Shown piece by piece: positions 23,952 to 35,713 of a DNA stretch of 64,000 bases (the first letter of the stretch is position 1; each line of letters starts with the position of its first letter). This stretch comes from Lepidodermella squamata (Eukaryota; Animalia; Gastrotricha), in NCBI GenBank assembly GCA_047495785.1, contig JBLDXI010000032.1, positions 3,224,001 through 3,288,000 on the forward strand, written 5' to 3'. The translations under genes were made by a program, and so were the position numbers. Under the pieces are notes generated by a model that had not been told where the DNA came from, did no database searches, and saw only the letters and a list, made by a program, of their open reading frames with translations.

Positions 23952-24989
23952 GTATGACTGTCTATTTTGACTACAATAATACAAATATTAGCATTACGAG
24001 CAGGATATGCTAGTTTCGATTCGTAATACTTACCCGGCTTGGTGACTCATGTCCTCATTAAGTTGAATAAAGGTTTAGAAAATGAAAATCCTCACCGTTC
24101 GGCACATTCGTTGTGGAACCACGATGCGCACGCTGATTAGGCGATCATTCGCTGCTATGACTTCCGGATGAAACATTCAGTCGTGCAATCCATTAGATTT
24201 TTTGTAAAAAGTGCCGCAGTAATTTACCTCGATTTATATGGAGTTTACGATCGTGTTCAATGGAACTTCTGCCAGAACCAGAACTTATAACAGAACTTCT
24301 ACCAACTATCAGCTATCAAGACACAAGCTCTCAAAGTTCTCACGATATCATGTTCACCATGTATGCCACTATCTCTTTCCACTCATCGGAATTTAAAGTT
24401 TCAAACTTACAAGCCAAAATTAGAATAGATTACCTATATCTGTTGTTATTGAAAAACAAGTTGAGCTGTGCCTTTTGAGAACATCGAAAAACTTGGAATG
24501 GGATCAGCCATTTCTAGCCAAACCTATTTACGGTTATTTCTATTGATTCCCAACGCGGTCTACTAGTGAAGAGTTGAAAAGTTGAGCTTTTGTATTCACG
24601 ATTCGAGTTCACGTGGCGGTTCTCTTGAATGTTAGCATGTTGTAGTTATATTATATAGGCCCTCCACCTATGTTTGACAAATAACAGAAATAATTCGCCC
24701 CCATGCTGAAAACGGCTTACGATGCATATCCACCCATATCACACCAGGCTCTTCACAGGGCTAAATGCTCAAAGGCTCAGGGCTCAGGCTCAAGAATCCG
24801 GTGTTAGATAATGTCAGGCTCAGGATCAGGCTCTGGAACTAGAAATTATAGGGGCTCATTTAACGTGACTTACGTTCCAGGTTCGGGAAGGCTTAGGGCT
24901 CGTGCACAGGGGCTCTCAGGACCTAAAGGCTCAACAAGGGAACAGAAAGAAAACATGGCAGTAAGGGCTATCGAGGATCTGTGATCTGT

Positions 24990-27040
24990 GAATCTGTGAT
25001 TCTCTTGTTTTGCGCCTGTGAGGGGGCGACATTGCTTCGGTGGATGCCAGGCTGGGCAGTGCTGGTCGAGCATCCGCTTGCCGAAGGCATCAGGCTGCTG
25101 ACTGGCGATATACTGCAAGTACTCTTCCATGCCATTATCCGCGGTGAGACAGCGTTCACCATAGCGCTCCAGTTGTTTCTCAAATACGTCGCTGATTGCT
25201 GTAGCCTTCGCTTCGACGACGACTCCGAAGGAATCGCACTCAAATGGCTGATCCACTGCCGCTCTTAACCCGTGAGCTTGAAAATTGAAAAGGCGCAGTT
25301 CGGAACTTTTTGGCAGCCAGTACCAAACAGGAGACCCATATGTGTATATATTGGACATAGAGGAGGAAATATGTTGAAAAACCGAACATATAATGGCCGA
25401 GCCGCAGGCGAGGACGTTTTATGTGCGGTTTTTTAACATATTTACGACTCTAAGTCCAATATTTGCATATACCCCGAGGCATAGTAGCATCTACCGATTG
25501 CCAGGGCTCCATTGAAATACCTACCCCCACGTTGCGAAGGTTAAAAAATCATGGAAAATGGGAAAATAAAACATCCAACTTAATTTTTCTTCAAAAATTG
25601 ACCTTTTCGCCATTTTTAAATCAAACGCTCATTCGGTCGATTTTCGTTTTGATTTTCACTCGCTTTTTTGCCGCCGGATTTTCGCGTCAAACTGGCATGC
25701 TGCTACGATGAAGAATCGAACAATGGCTCGAGCTATTTTAACTGTCGGCTCATCAAATCAACCAGGCGAGTGAATTCGGCTCATTGCAACTAGTTCGCCG
25801 ATCTGGTTATTGTCGATCTCAAGCTCAATCAAGGTTTCGATCCCGTACGAGGAAGCGTGTCGTCGAACCAGTTCGAGCCAGGAACGAAGGCTGATGGAAT
25901 GGTACGAAATGCAAGACGAATACGGCGCCGTTTTGACTAATTCCAGGATCAAGAGGAATGCTACGCGTTTCTCAACATTGAGAGCGACTGCTGCTCAGAG
26001 TTCGCAGTTGTTCCGTTGGAGTTCTGGGTTTTATCGACATCGGAGCTGACTGCTGCTCGATTTTCACTGAATTGTGGCCGAATGCTGCTCGTTTTCTCGA
26101 AATTGGGGCCGAATGCTGCTCGATTTTGTCGGAATTGAGGACGATTGCTGCTCGATTTTCTCGAAATTGGGGCCGAATGCTGCTCGATTTTGTCGGAATT
26201 GAGGACGATTGCTGCTCGATTTTCTCGGTATCAGGGGTGAATGCTGGCAGATTTTTGAGCCGCCCCAGCTTTTCCAAGAGATTGTTTGATTTTGAATAAT
26301 AAAGCTATTTTGGGTTCCTCAGGTTTCTTGGGTTTCATGAGTTTCAAGGGTCTGAACAATAGACAACTGTCCAATATGTGCTCCTCCTTAAAAAATCAAG
26401 TGTCCAATATGTGAAAATCAACTGTCCATTATGTAAAATTATGTAAACATATAATTACATATAGCCCTAACATATACTTGGCCTAGGGGTATATGTGAGC
26501 ACGCTGTCGATGAGAACTCGGCTGAACGTGATGCAAAGATCGCTGAGGACAATACGCCTACAAGCTATTTCTCGGCGAGCTCGCGGTTTCGTCTTCGCAG
26601 AGATACGGTCGAGGTGGCATTCCCACGACAGTTTCGCCGTGATCGTGATTCACAGGTATTTCACTTCGCTAACTTGAGGGATCCGTTGACCAGCAATGGA
26701 GAGGAGAACCGACGGAGACGCAGCGCCTGTGTGACCGATTAAAATACTTTCGCATTTCGCAGGGCTGCATCACTAATCAGACGGAAAAGTGGGTCGACAG
26801 CGCCTCGGAGTCTTCCAAATCCATACTGATGTTCGGGTAGCAGGCTCTGAGCTTCCAAGAAATTTTGTAGCATCATGGCTACCAGTGACTCTAGAAGCTT
26901 CGAGAAGGCTGGCAACAGTGACACCGGGCGGTATGATTCCGGAAGCCTGCTATCCTTTCCCTCCTTCAAGATCGGCACGAGGATCGTCATTTTCCATTCA
27001 GTCGGCACAATTCGAACGCGTACTTCCTCGAACGCTCGCG
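24990..27040 (-). mobile_element. Decayed non-LTR retrotransposon (LINE) reverse-transcriptase remnant with nested insertion; partial duplicate at ~21826-23440
   Basis: PTEWKMTILVPILKEGKD..PESYRPVSLLPAFSKLLE..PEHQYGF (RT N-terminal motifs). An internal deletion removes the catalytic core. Then EVKYL*ITITAKLSWECHL..LIDSVLTY|insertion|GSPVW. Confidence 0.85.
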
Positions 27041-27496
27041 GAAAATTGATTGTTCATTGTGAAATGCCACTTTTTTATTCGAAACAAAATAAAATGGAAT
27101 TGAATGAATTAATGAATTAATGAAGCATTTGAAGTCATACATCATGCTGAGGATTGTGATAATGCGATCTTTGCTCTGGATGACCGACAAGCTGTTCGGG
27201 CATACGTGTTAAAAGTTACCATCATCAAAATAGAAAGGCTGCGGTAATCGTGTAGATAACTATACTTGGATACACTGTTTCAACGTCGAAGCAGCCGACA
27301 TTTTTTGTTTTTTTGTAATAAAATTGTACTAAATTATTACATTTTTTCAAAGATGATTAGATGCCAAGCTAACACGTTTTGTCAGTATGGAATGCTATGG
27401 AATGCTAATGCTATTCAACATTCCGTCGAGCTTCAATAACAAGCAATACTCTGCTCACGCCTTACTTTTGACGAAAGTTTCTTCATAAGATTTAAC

Positions 27497-29123
27497 ATGC
27501 AGGCTTTAACGTTTCTCGGCCTCTTATTCGGAGTTGCTCTCCTGACTGGGCTTGTCAACACCCAATGGATACCGGTAAGTCTGCACAATTTGTGGGATAT
27601 ATTACTCTATCTGTCGTATTATACTTTGCAAAGAATGGAGATGGCGGAATTTGCCCGGATGGAAAAGTGCTCCGACGAGCTGAAATTTGCGATGGTTACC
27701 GCGACTGTCAAGATGGAAGTGACGAAGTGGACTGCATTTGTCAGTTCAATGATTTCCCCTGTAATAACTCAGGCTGCATTCTAAGGAGGTATAATGCGCC
27801 CTCCCCGTTCTTAAAAAAATACCATCCAAACATCTAATATTGTTCAGACTCGTTTGCGACGGTTCCAAGGATTGCAGTGATGGCAGTGACGAGTCGTATT
27901 GTCCTCCTTGCGCCACTAATCAATTTCGATGTGTTGGCGCCAAATGCATTGACAAAAGCCTGCTCTGTGATGGCGAATACGACTGCGATGAGGGAGAGGA
28001 TGAGTCGAACTGCTCATGTGAGTTTAGAATCCCATTGAATAATTAAAACTAGGCTGTTGTCTATAGCTTGCAAGTCAACTGGGTTCCACTGCAAGAACGG
28101 CGAATGTATTCGTGGCACTTTGCAATGCGATGGCGAGGATGATTGCGAAGATGGATCAGCAAGCGATGAAGATCCAGCGATTTGCAAAGTCTACACTTGC
28201 GCAGAAGATCGGTTCCGTTGTAGCCACAATAAATGCATCCCGAAATATCAGGTCTGCGATGGCTACAACGACTGTTTGAACGATGCAGACGAGCTAAACT
28301 GCTTAGGCTGGCCTTGTGATGATGATAAATTCCGATGCAGCGACGGCATTTGCATTGGCCAATCGAGAGTTTGTGATTCAATCAAAGATTGCGCGAACGA
28401 CGAGTTGAACTGCACGTGCACAAGCTATCAGACAAAGTGCCCTTCAGGTGGATGCGTTTCATTTTCGGAAATGTGTGACGGCAAAGCTGATTGCAACGAC
28501 GGCTGGGACGAGTCGAACTGCACTACTGTAGGTTTATGGCGTAATTTTAATCTCCGACTGGGTAATTATGCTTCTAGTGCCCGGACGCTGACGATTACAA
28601 GTGCAAAAACTCTACTAAATGCATACGGGCAGACGCGGTCTGTGACAGCGATGCCGACTGTCCATTTGGTGATGATCAAAGCAACTGCGCGGTTTGCCCA
28701 CCAGCCAGACCTTTCAAATGCGCAAACTCTGGCCGATGTCTCCGTGCTTCGTGAGTCATTCTTATTAGCTTTACATGTCTTTTAATCAAGCTTTATGTTA
28801 TACAGGTATGTTTGCGATGGAGATCAGGTAGATTCATTTCGAAGCCACATTTTAGAGACATAATCAGTCGATTTGGTATTCATTAGGATTGCGGAAACGG
28901 AGACAACTCAGATGAAATATGCCGGCCATGCTCATCTGGAGAATTTCGATGCTCGACTGGCCGGTGCATTCCTAACTCGAAGAGATGCGATGGATCGAAC
29001 GATTGCCGCAACGGTGATGACGAAGCGAACTGCACGGCCTGCGTTGGAACGAGCGTTTATTGTCCGAGCACTAAAGTTTGCGTGTCGCCAGGAACACCTT
29101 GCTCGCCTGTTGCTGCGCCATGA
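27497..29123 (+). CDS. LDLa-only secreted protein, copy F (10 repeats: 1-4, 5/14 hybrid, 15-19)
   Basis: Leader [26 protein letters not shown]; ..[29 protein letters not shown]..; ends [17 protein letters not shown] (29121-29123). Confidence 0.9.
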
Positions 29124-29621
29124 ACACCCATTCCAACCCTGTTTAATCCGGCGTCCTCCTGTTATTATTTTCCCATTTATCAATTCGAGCTATATTTCAC
29201 TAATAAAATGTCGTCATTTATTCTTCAGTATTCTGTCGCGCTGAAATTCGAGATACCTATCTCTTTCCACCCATCGGAATTTAAAGTTTCAAACTTACAA
29301 GCCAAAATTACAATAGATTACTTATTCCTTTTGTCATTGAAAAACAAGTTGAGCTGTGCCTTTTGAGGGCATCGAAAAACTTGGAATAGGATCAGCCACC
29401 TTCCAGCCAAACCTATTAACGGTTATTTCTATTGATTTCCCAACTAGGTCTACTAGTGAAGAGTTGAAAAGTTGAGCTTTTGTATTCCCGGTTTGAGTTC
29501 ACGTGTCGGCTCTCTCGAATGTTACGACGCCGCCCGGAAATTAATCACTAGACATGTATATCGCATTGGAAAGCAACACCTCTTTTCAGCGTGATTTCAA
29601 TACTAATTAGGCAAAAAAATC

Positions 29622-30219
29622 ATGACCTGCTCGAACTCAATTCGAGCCCTAGTTGTCGTCTGCTGTATTCTGCTCGCTTTCATCGCGATGCATCTGATGT
29701 CACTGCTACAGCACCTGCAAAGCGGATCTTGTCTAAGTAACCAATTCAGATGCTCAAACGGCAACTGCACGCAGATGGCTAGTCGCTGCGATGGCTTTGT
29801 CGATTGCTCAGATGGAAGCGACGAACAAATGTGCCCAAGTAAAGAAAAAAATTCAAAATTATCAAAAAGTAACCGCCTAAAATGTTGTCCTAATACAGAA
29901 TGTGACGCTGAAATGTTTGAATGCATGTCTGGAAGATGCATTTCAATCCAGTATAGGTGAGTTCAGCTAATTTATCTGCAATTTTTTTTTACGCATTTTC
30001 ATTTTAAGGTGTGATGGCGATTCAGACTGTTTAGATGACCTAGACAGCGACGAGCGAAATTGCACCGAGTACAAATGCCCGAAACACAGATTTTCGTGTA
30101 GCGATGGCCTGTGTATACCGTCCGACCGTGTCTGTGACGGCGTGCATCAATGTAGCGACGATGAGTCATACTGTTTAGGACGTTACAACGAAAATCGCAT
30201 TGTTAATAATCCTCAGTAG
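29622..30219 (+). CDS. Small N-terminally anchored (type II or signal-anchor) protein with 3 LDLa repeats
   Basis: [26 protein letters not shown].. hydrophobic stretch, then three LDLa repeats over 3 exons, ending [19 protein letters not shown] (30217-30219). Confidence 0.82.
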
Positions 30220-30246
30220 TTCTAATGATTTTATTGATATTCAAGA

Positions 30247-31645
30247 TCAAGCGGCAGCTGACGATTTGTAAGGATAGGCGAAGTCTCCTTTCACGCTATC
30301 GATGTTTCCTGAAGTTGAAATAAAAGAAATTCTAGCGAAAGAGACACCATTTTTCACTTACCAGGTCCGTAGTTACCTGTGAGAAAAACCAATGGCATGA
30401 ATTTGGTTCGGCTATAATTTTCTTTTCAACTTACAAACAACCGTGAACCTCCAATATCCAAGAGGACAATAAGCTTTTGCGCACCTATGCATTTTGTCTA
30501 TAATAATTATCTGTTGGCGAAAATTGACCATTACCCGATAAATTTTGTTTGGTCTGCGATGATCTGGGTGTAATGACCAACGTTGCCAGATGGACTTTTC
30601 ACGCCGTAGTACCAGTTTTTCCGTTCGAAGGTCCAGCGATCAATAACCTCGCCCAGAGTGATGTTCGTTGAGCTCCAGTAGATATTCTGGCCGACAAATG
30701 GCCAACTGTCGGCGTTAGGGCGCGAAGGCATGTAACGATTTGTTGCATTGTCTCGGCTGATTGGGCAATTAGCAGCCCACCTTAATAACAAAGTAAAATT
30801 GTTTACAACTCGAGCGACACACTTTTAAACCTTTCGGCTAGAATTTGCAAGTCTTCGTCCCATTTAAGATCAGGCATGTTGTCTGGTTTTGGGCTGACCG
30901 TGGCTAAAATGGAAAAGGCTTTAAGGTGGCTTCAAAGGAAAGTCTATCGCCTACATCTGTAGAAATTATGCCGGTCGATAACTTCCGATTTTGAGACAGG
31001 TTCCAGAGATGTAAGCAAAGGGTTATCAGCCCGACAGAATGTGTGAGGAAATCGCATTCCGTATCGACATTGAGGCTAATACGCCACACACAAAAAGAGT
31101 TCGGAAAACAAGTTCGGCGGCCTTCTACTTACGCCATAAGATGGATTTGTCATGTCACTTGACAATACAACCTTGCTCATTTGGGGAGTCGAGGGTGTTG
31201 AGGAAAGTGGAGTAGTCGTTGTTGCTGTGCTTATTGCGATTGTTGCAGTCGAGCTTATTGATGTGGTTGTAGTGGTGGCTGTGGTTGTTTCTAGCTCGCA
31301 AACTATGGGGAGCGAAATTTCCCTAAATTGTTGCAATTTTCTCGGCATCGACTTACTCGGTGGTGTTGTCCAATATCGCCGATCACTACGACATTCTATC
31401 GTCGCATTGCCATTGAGTGTGCCCTTCAAGCAAGTGTAATTTGCGGAAATGTAGCGGTCAAAATCTGTAGTGCTGCCAGGTTTTGGCGACACTACGGCCG
31501 TCAAAGTCGATGCAAATCCGTTATCAATGAGAGGAACAGCTCCACAATGAGGAAAATAGTTGATTACATTTATGTCGAAACCCCCAACTAATAGACAGCT
31601 CGAAATTAGGCTGAAAGTGGTTATCAAATATAGAGAGCAGTTCAT
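30247..31645 (-). CDS. Secreted Sushi/CCP + Thr/Ser-rich stalk + CAP (SCP/TAPS) domain protein
   Basis: Leader MNCSLYLITTFSLISSCLLVGG. Sushi: CGAVPLIDNG..NYTCLKG..GNATIEC..W..PP. T-rich linker. CAP motifs NMPDLKWD, GQNIYW, GHYTQII and NYGPGN. Stop TGA at 30249-30247. Includes a 15-nt micro-exon (30362-30376). Confidence 0.85.
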
Positions 31646-31839
31646 CCTTAATTTTATCCCAGGTATAATATTTGAATTATAAATATTTTGCCAAAACTTC
31701 AAACTTCAAACAACTGGGCATTCACAGTAAATAAATTGTGTAAAGATCAGTGCGATCAAACAATCTCAATATTTGCAAACATATTTAAACGGCAAAGGTA
31801 AAGAAAAATTGAAAAAGATCAATTTATTGACATAATTTA

Positions 31840-33535
31840 TTAGGCTATTTGTTGCATAGATATGGAGTTATCAATATCTTTATGACAACATCCGTTACAT
31901 TCTAGCTGAATCAATTTCCCGCTGTTATTTCGTTTCTTCCAACTCGAGGTTTCAGGCATGAATAATAAAAGAAATATAAAAACTATCAAAGAAACACCGG
32001 CGAAGACTAGAAAAGTAAATGGTCCGATTTCTTCTTCCATTAGGGGGAATCCAACAGTTACAGCCAACGCGAAGGTCCAGTTGGAGAACATTCCAACGGC
32101 TAAACCAGCCGGCCGTGTAGCTTGGCCGAAAATTTCAGCCGAAACAAAAAAAACACAAGGACCAGGCCCGAGTGAGTAGGGAAGTAGAAAGACTATCAAA
32201 GACACGATGCAACCGACAGCGCTCTAGAATTTTCAATAAATAAATCGATTTCAGGTAAATTTATCGCAACTGACCGGGAAGTATAAAAAGCACGTGAGCA
32301 TAACGCAACCAGTAATGACCCCAGCCAGGCCGAATAACACCAAAGCTCGTCGCCCCAATCTATCTGAAGTAAACATATTAATCCAATTGCCGGTCCAATT
32401 AGCGAACGAAATTCCTAGCGTTGCTATGGAAGCCGTTTCTTCATCCAACCCAACACTGCGAAGGACCTTGGAAGAGTAGGCCATTATGGCGCTCAGGCCT
32501 GTAGCTCGATTAGCCGCATGGAGGTAAATGACTAGAACCAAGCTCCACAAATGATGGCGGTCTTTAAGCATTGCTAATAGGCTGATTTTATGAATTTTTT
32601 CGTCTGCTTTCGATGCTTCGACTATCGCATCAAATTCGCGTTTCAGTTCGACTTCGCTTAGCCGCCGAACTTGCTTCAAGGCCTCGAAGGCTTCGAAACA
32701 TTCATGTTTATCGACTAGGAATCTTGGGCTTTCGACCACGAAAAACAACGCCAACCCATGCGTTGTATAGCACACAATATTGAAAACTAAAAACGACTAT
32801 GTTTGCAAAATCAAAAGAAAATTAAGATGGCTTACAGAATAAGTACTGCCATCTATCTGCACTGCCGAGAATGAAAGGAAGGCCGAGAAAATTCGCGAAA
32901 ATTGTGCCAGCTGCTATGGCGAATCCGACCAATGACCCGCAAAATCCTTTCAAACGTGCGGGCGCCAATTCGTTGATATAAGCTGGGGCTAGTACCATGG
33001 AAAATCCGACCTGGAATCCAATTATAGCGCGGCCGATTAATAGGCAAGCGTGATGATTTATCCACGGGGCTATAATCATCGACCAGCTGCCAATGAGACC
33101 GATGACCGAGGCCCAAATCATTGATTTGCGCCTGAAATCCACAGAAAATTCGTGTATTAAAACAATCCTCTCACAACTCACTTTCCAACCTTTCGAGCAC
33201 AAGCTGCGGGGAAATAAGTTGACCCAAGCATGCCGCCCAGCATGAAAATCGATACAACATATGACCACTTCATCGTAAGTTCAGAATCATTAAGATGGCC
33301 TTCGTTGTGATCGATAAAAGTTTGATTGACAAACTGCTTCATGACAGCGTAAGGCCCGTTTACAACACCTAAATGATGGGTAATTAGGTCATTCTGCGCA
33401 GTAGTGGGTCAAATTACTGAGGTTGTAGCCGAACATGAATGACGACCCGAGGACTATCGAAAAATTGCAAGCGATCAGGTACATCGTCCATTCTGATTGC
33501 GATTTGCCGCTCTTCGCGCCCTCCTCGCCCTTCAT
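31840..33535 (-). CDS. SLC2/GLUT-like MFS sugar-porter family transporter T1
   Basis: MKGEEG..GSSFMFGYNL, ELAP..LKG, VESPRFL, SDRLGRR, GPGP, PET motifs; multi-exon. Confidence 0.88.
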
Positions 33536-33764
33536 TTCAAGGGCTGTCTAGTTTTTTGGGTGTAAAAAAACCTTTGGCTACCACCACTATCACTTGCCTT
33601 TCGCGTAGACGTGTCTTATCTTTCGGATTACGAGAACGCTTGACCTTGTTTCCACACCTTTCTTTTTTGACCGATAATAAGACATGAAAATCCTGGCAAA
33701 TTGAACCATCATTGTAATCTGTTTTATTCGCATATCAGCAAGCGAAAATAGTTTTGGTGCTTTC

Positions 33765-35564
33765 TTACCAATCGCGATAAAAATTGTTGGTGACATAGAG
33801 AGGGACTTCAGGGGTTGGTTCTTTCTTTTCCGGTTTTTTCAGGCCAAGTTGGACAAGAGGTTTGCCGGGGTCGTAGCGATCGGCTGACGAACTAACAGCC
33901 ATGTGACTTGTTGTTTCCGGTAGGTAAAATAGGCAGAAAATAAATTCAAGCAGAGAAACCGCCGCAAATGGCAGAAACGAAAATTCGCCGATTCGAGTTT
34001 GCATTTCGGGGAAAATTACGCTGCAAATAATGTTAGCTGTCCAGTTTGCGAACATCGTAATGGTTTGCGACAGGGGACGAGCGGCCTGGGTGAACATTTC
34101 ACCTGGCATAAAGACGGGACATGGACCCGGTCCTATGGCGTAGAAAAGGTGGAAAAGAGCAAAACCGGCAATGCTGGCTTGAAAAACCTGTTTTAATTCA
34201 AAAAGTGAAATTCTCATCCTATAGATCTTAACTTACGTCGAAGTAGAGGACTGTGACTAACATCGAAAGAGCAATGCTAACGCCCATTGTTCCGATAAGG
34301 ACAAGAGGTCGACGTCCAACTCGGTCGACAATCGCGAGGTTGATGATATTAGCCGATGTATTTGCGAGTGAAACCCCGAAATTCGCCAGGCCAGCTGTGT
34401 CTAGATCAAGACCAGCGTCTCGCATGACTTGGGTCGTGTAGAACAGAACAGCAGCTAGCCCGGTGAGTCGGCTGATGATCTGAAGATTGATGACTACGAT
34501 GAGCGACCACCACAGGGTGCGGCGGTTGAAAATGTCTCGAAAAGTAACCACCTTAATTTTCGCTTCCTCTTCTGCTGCTTTCTTCAATTTTGTGATTTCC
34601 GGGGCAATCTCGAGCTCATTCGCTAATCGAAGTTTCTTCAAAGCTGACCTAGCATCTTTCTCTCGCTTTTTGTCGATCAAATACCGAGGGCTTTCGACAA
34701 CAAAAAATAGAGCCATAAGATGAAGAAGGTAAAAGCCGAGCTCTAGGACTAAATCATAATGTTATTTTCATTGGTGAAAAATTTGAAAAATTTGAAAAAA
34801 GGTCCTACGGAATAAGTAGTTCCAGATGTCTTCAGATCCTAGAATAAAACTAAGTCCGACCAGGTTCGAAGTTACAACGCCAACACTTATTCCAAAGCCG
34901 AGTAAACTACCGCAAGATCCTCTTAGTCGATCTGGCGCCAGCTCAAGAACTAGAGGTGGGGCTAGAACCATGGAAAGGCCTGCCTGAAAGCCAACAATAG
35001 GCCGGCCAACAAACAGAGGAATGTAGCTTCCAGTCCAGGGTGTCACAAATAAAATCACGCTTCCTATCATTCCAACTATCGAACTTATGATCAATCCTTT
35101 TCTCCTATATAATATAGGAAAGAAAATTTGAATGAAAAAAATTGAATTTGATTTACTTTCCGAATTTCTTTCCAAGGGCTCCTGGAAACCAGAACGTGCC
35201 GGCGAAACCGCCGAAAAGGTAGAGGTTGACTATCCAGGACCATTGAAATTTCAACTCATCGGCTGTCAATATTGTCCCCTCATTTGCGAATGACTCATTG
35301 ACAAATTTGTTAACGACTGCGTAAGGGGCATTTATCACGCCTGTTCAAAGTAATTTTATTAGGAAGGCTTATAACTGTTTGAGGCAAACCTAGGTTGTAA
35401 CCAAATAGGAATGCTGATCCTAGGACTATGCTGAAGTCACAGAAGGCCAGGTAAGGTGTCCATCGTTGCTTCTGAAGTGGAGCATCAGGGTCCTGTGTGG
35501 TGAATATGGTCGGTTTTCCATTTGCGTCCAGACCCAGTTCTTCAATAGGAACTTCTTGCATCAT
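33765..35564 (-). CDS. SLC2/GLUT-like transporter T2 (3' end may extend via one more intron to 33590)
   Basis: GSAFLFGYNL, ELAPDRLRG, VESPRYL, VDRVGRR, GPGP, LPET. The stop overlaps a good donor (GATTG|GTAAG), so the C-terminus is ambiguous. Confidence 0.88.
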
Positions 35565-35713
35565 TTTTAGCCAGCTTTGAGTTTAAAGTGAACCAACAGG
35601 TGAAATTAGCTCAGGAACGCATTATAATGCACGGTTTTATTACGACCCTAATCAGTTCTTTATCAGGAGTTTTACCTGGTTATTCAGCTCTGAGTTTATT
35701 TTTTTATAAATAA

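Larger units (their letters stand above)
20277..26604. repeat. Apparently exact tandem duplication of 3164 bp (20277-23440 = 23441-26604)
   Basis: All ORFs recur identically at +3164. The junction at 23440/23441 joins LINE sequence (..TCGCAGAGAT) to LDLa exon sequence (ACTCCACTAAATG..), with 2-bp AC microhomology. Confidence 0.95.

Noticed and set aside
373-29123. One giant LRP/megalin-like receptor gene
   Set aside because: Each unit has its own leader exon and stop codon, and no YWTD, EGF, TM or NPxY sequence was seen.
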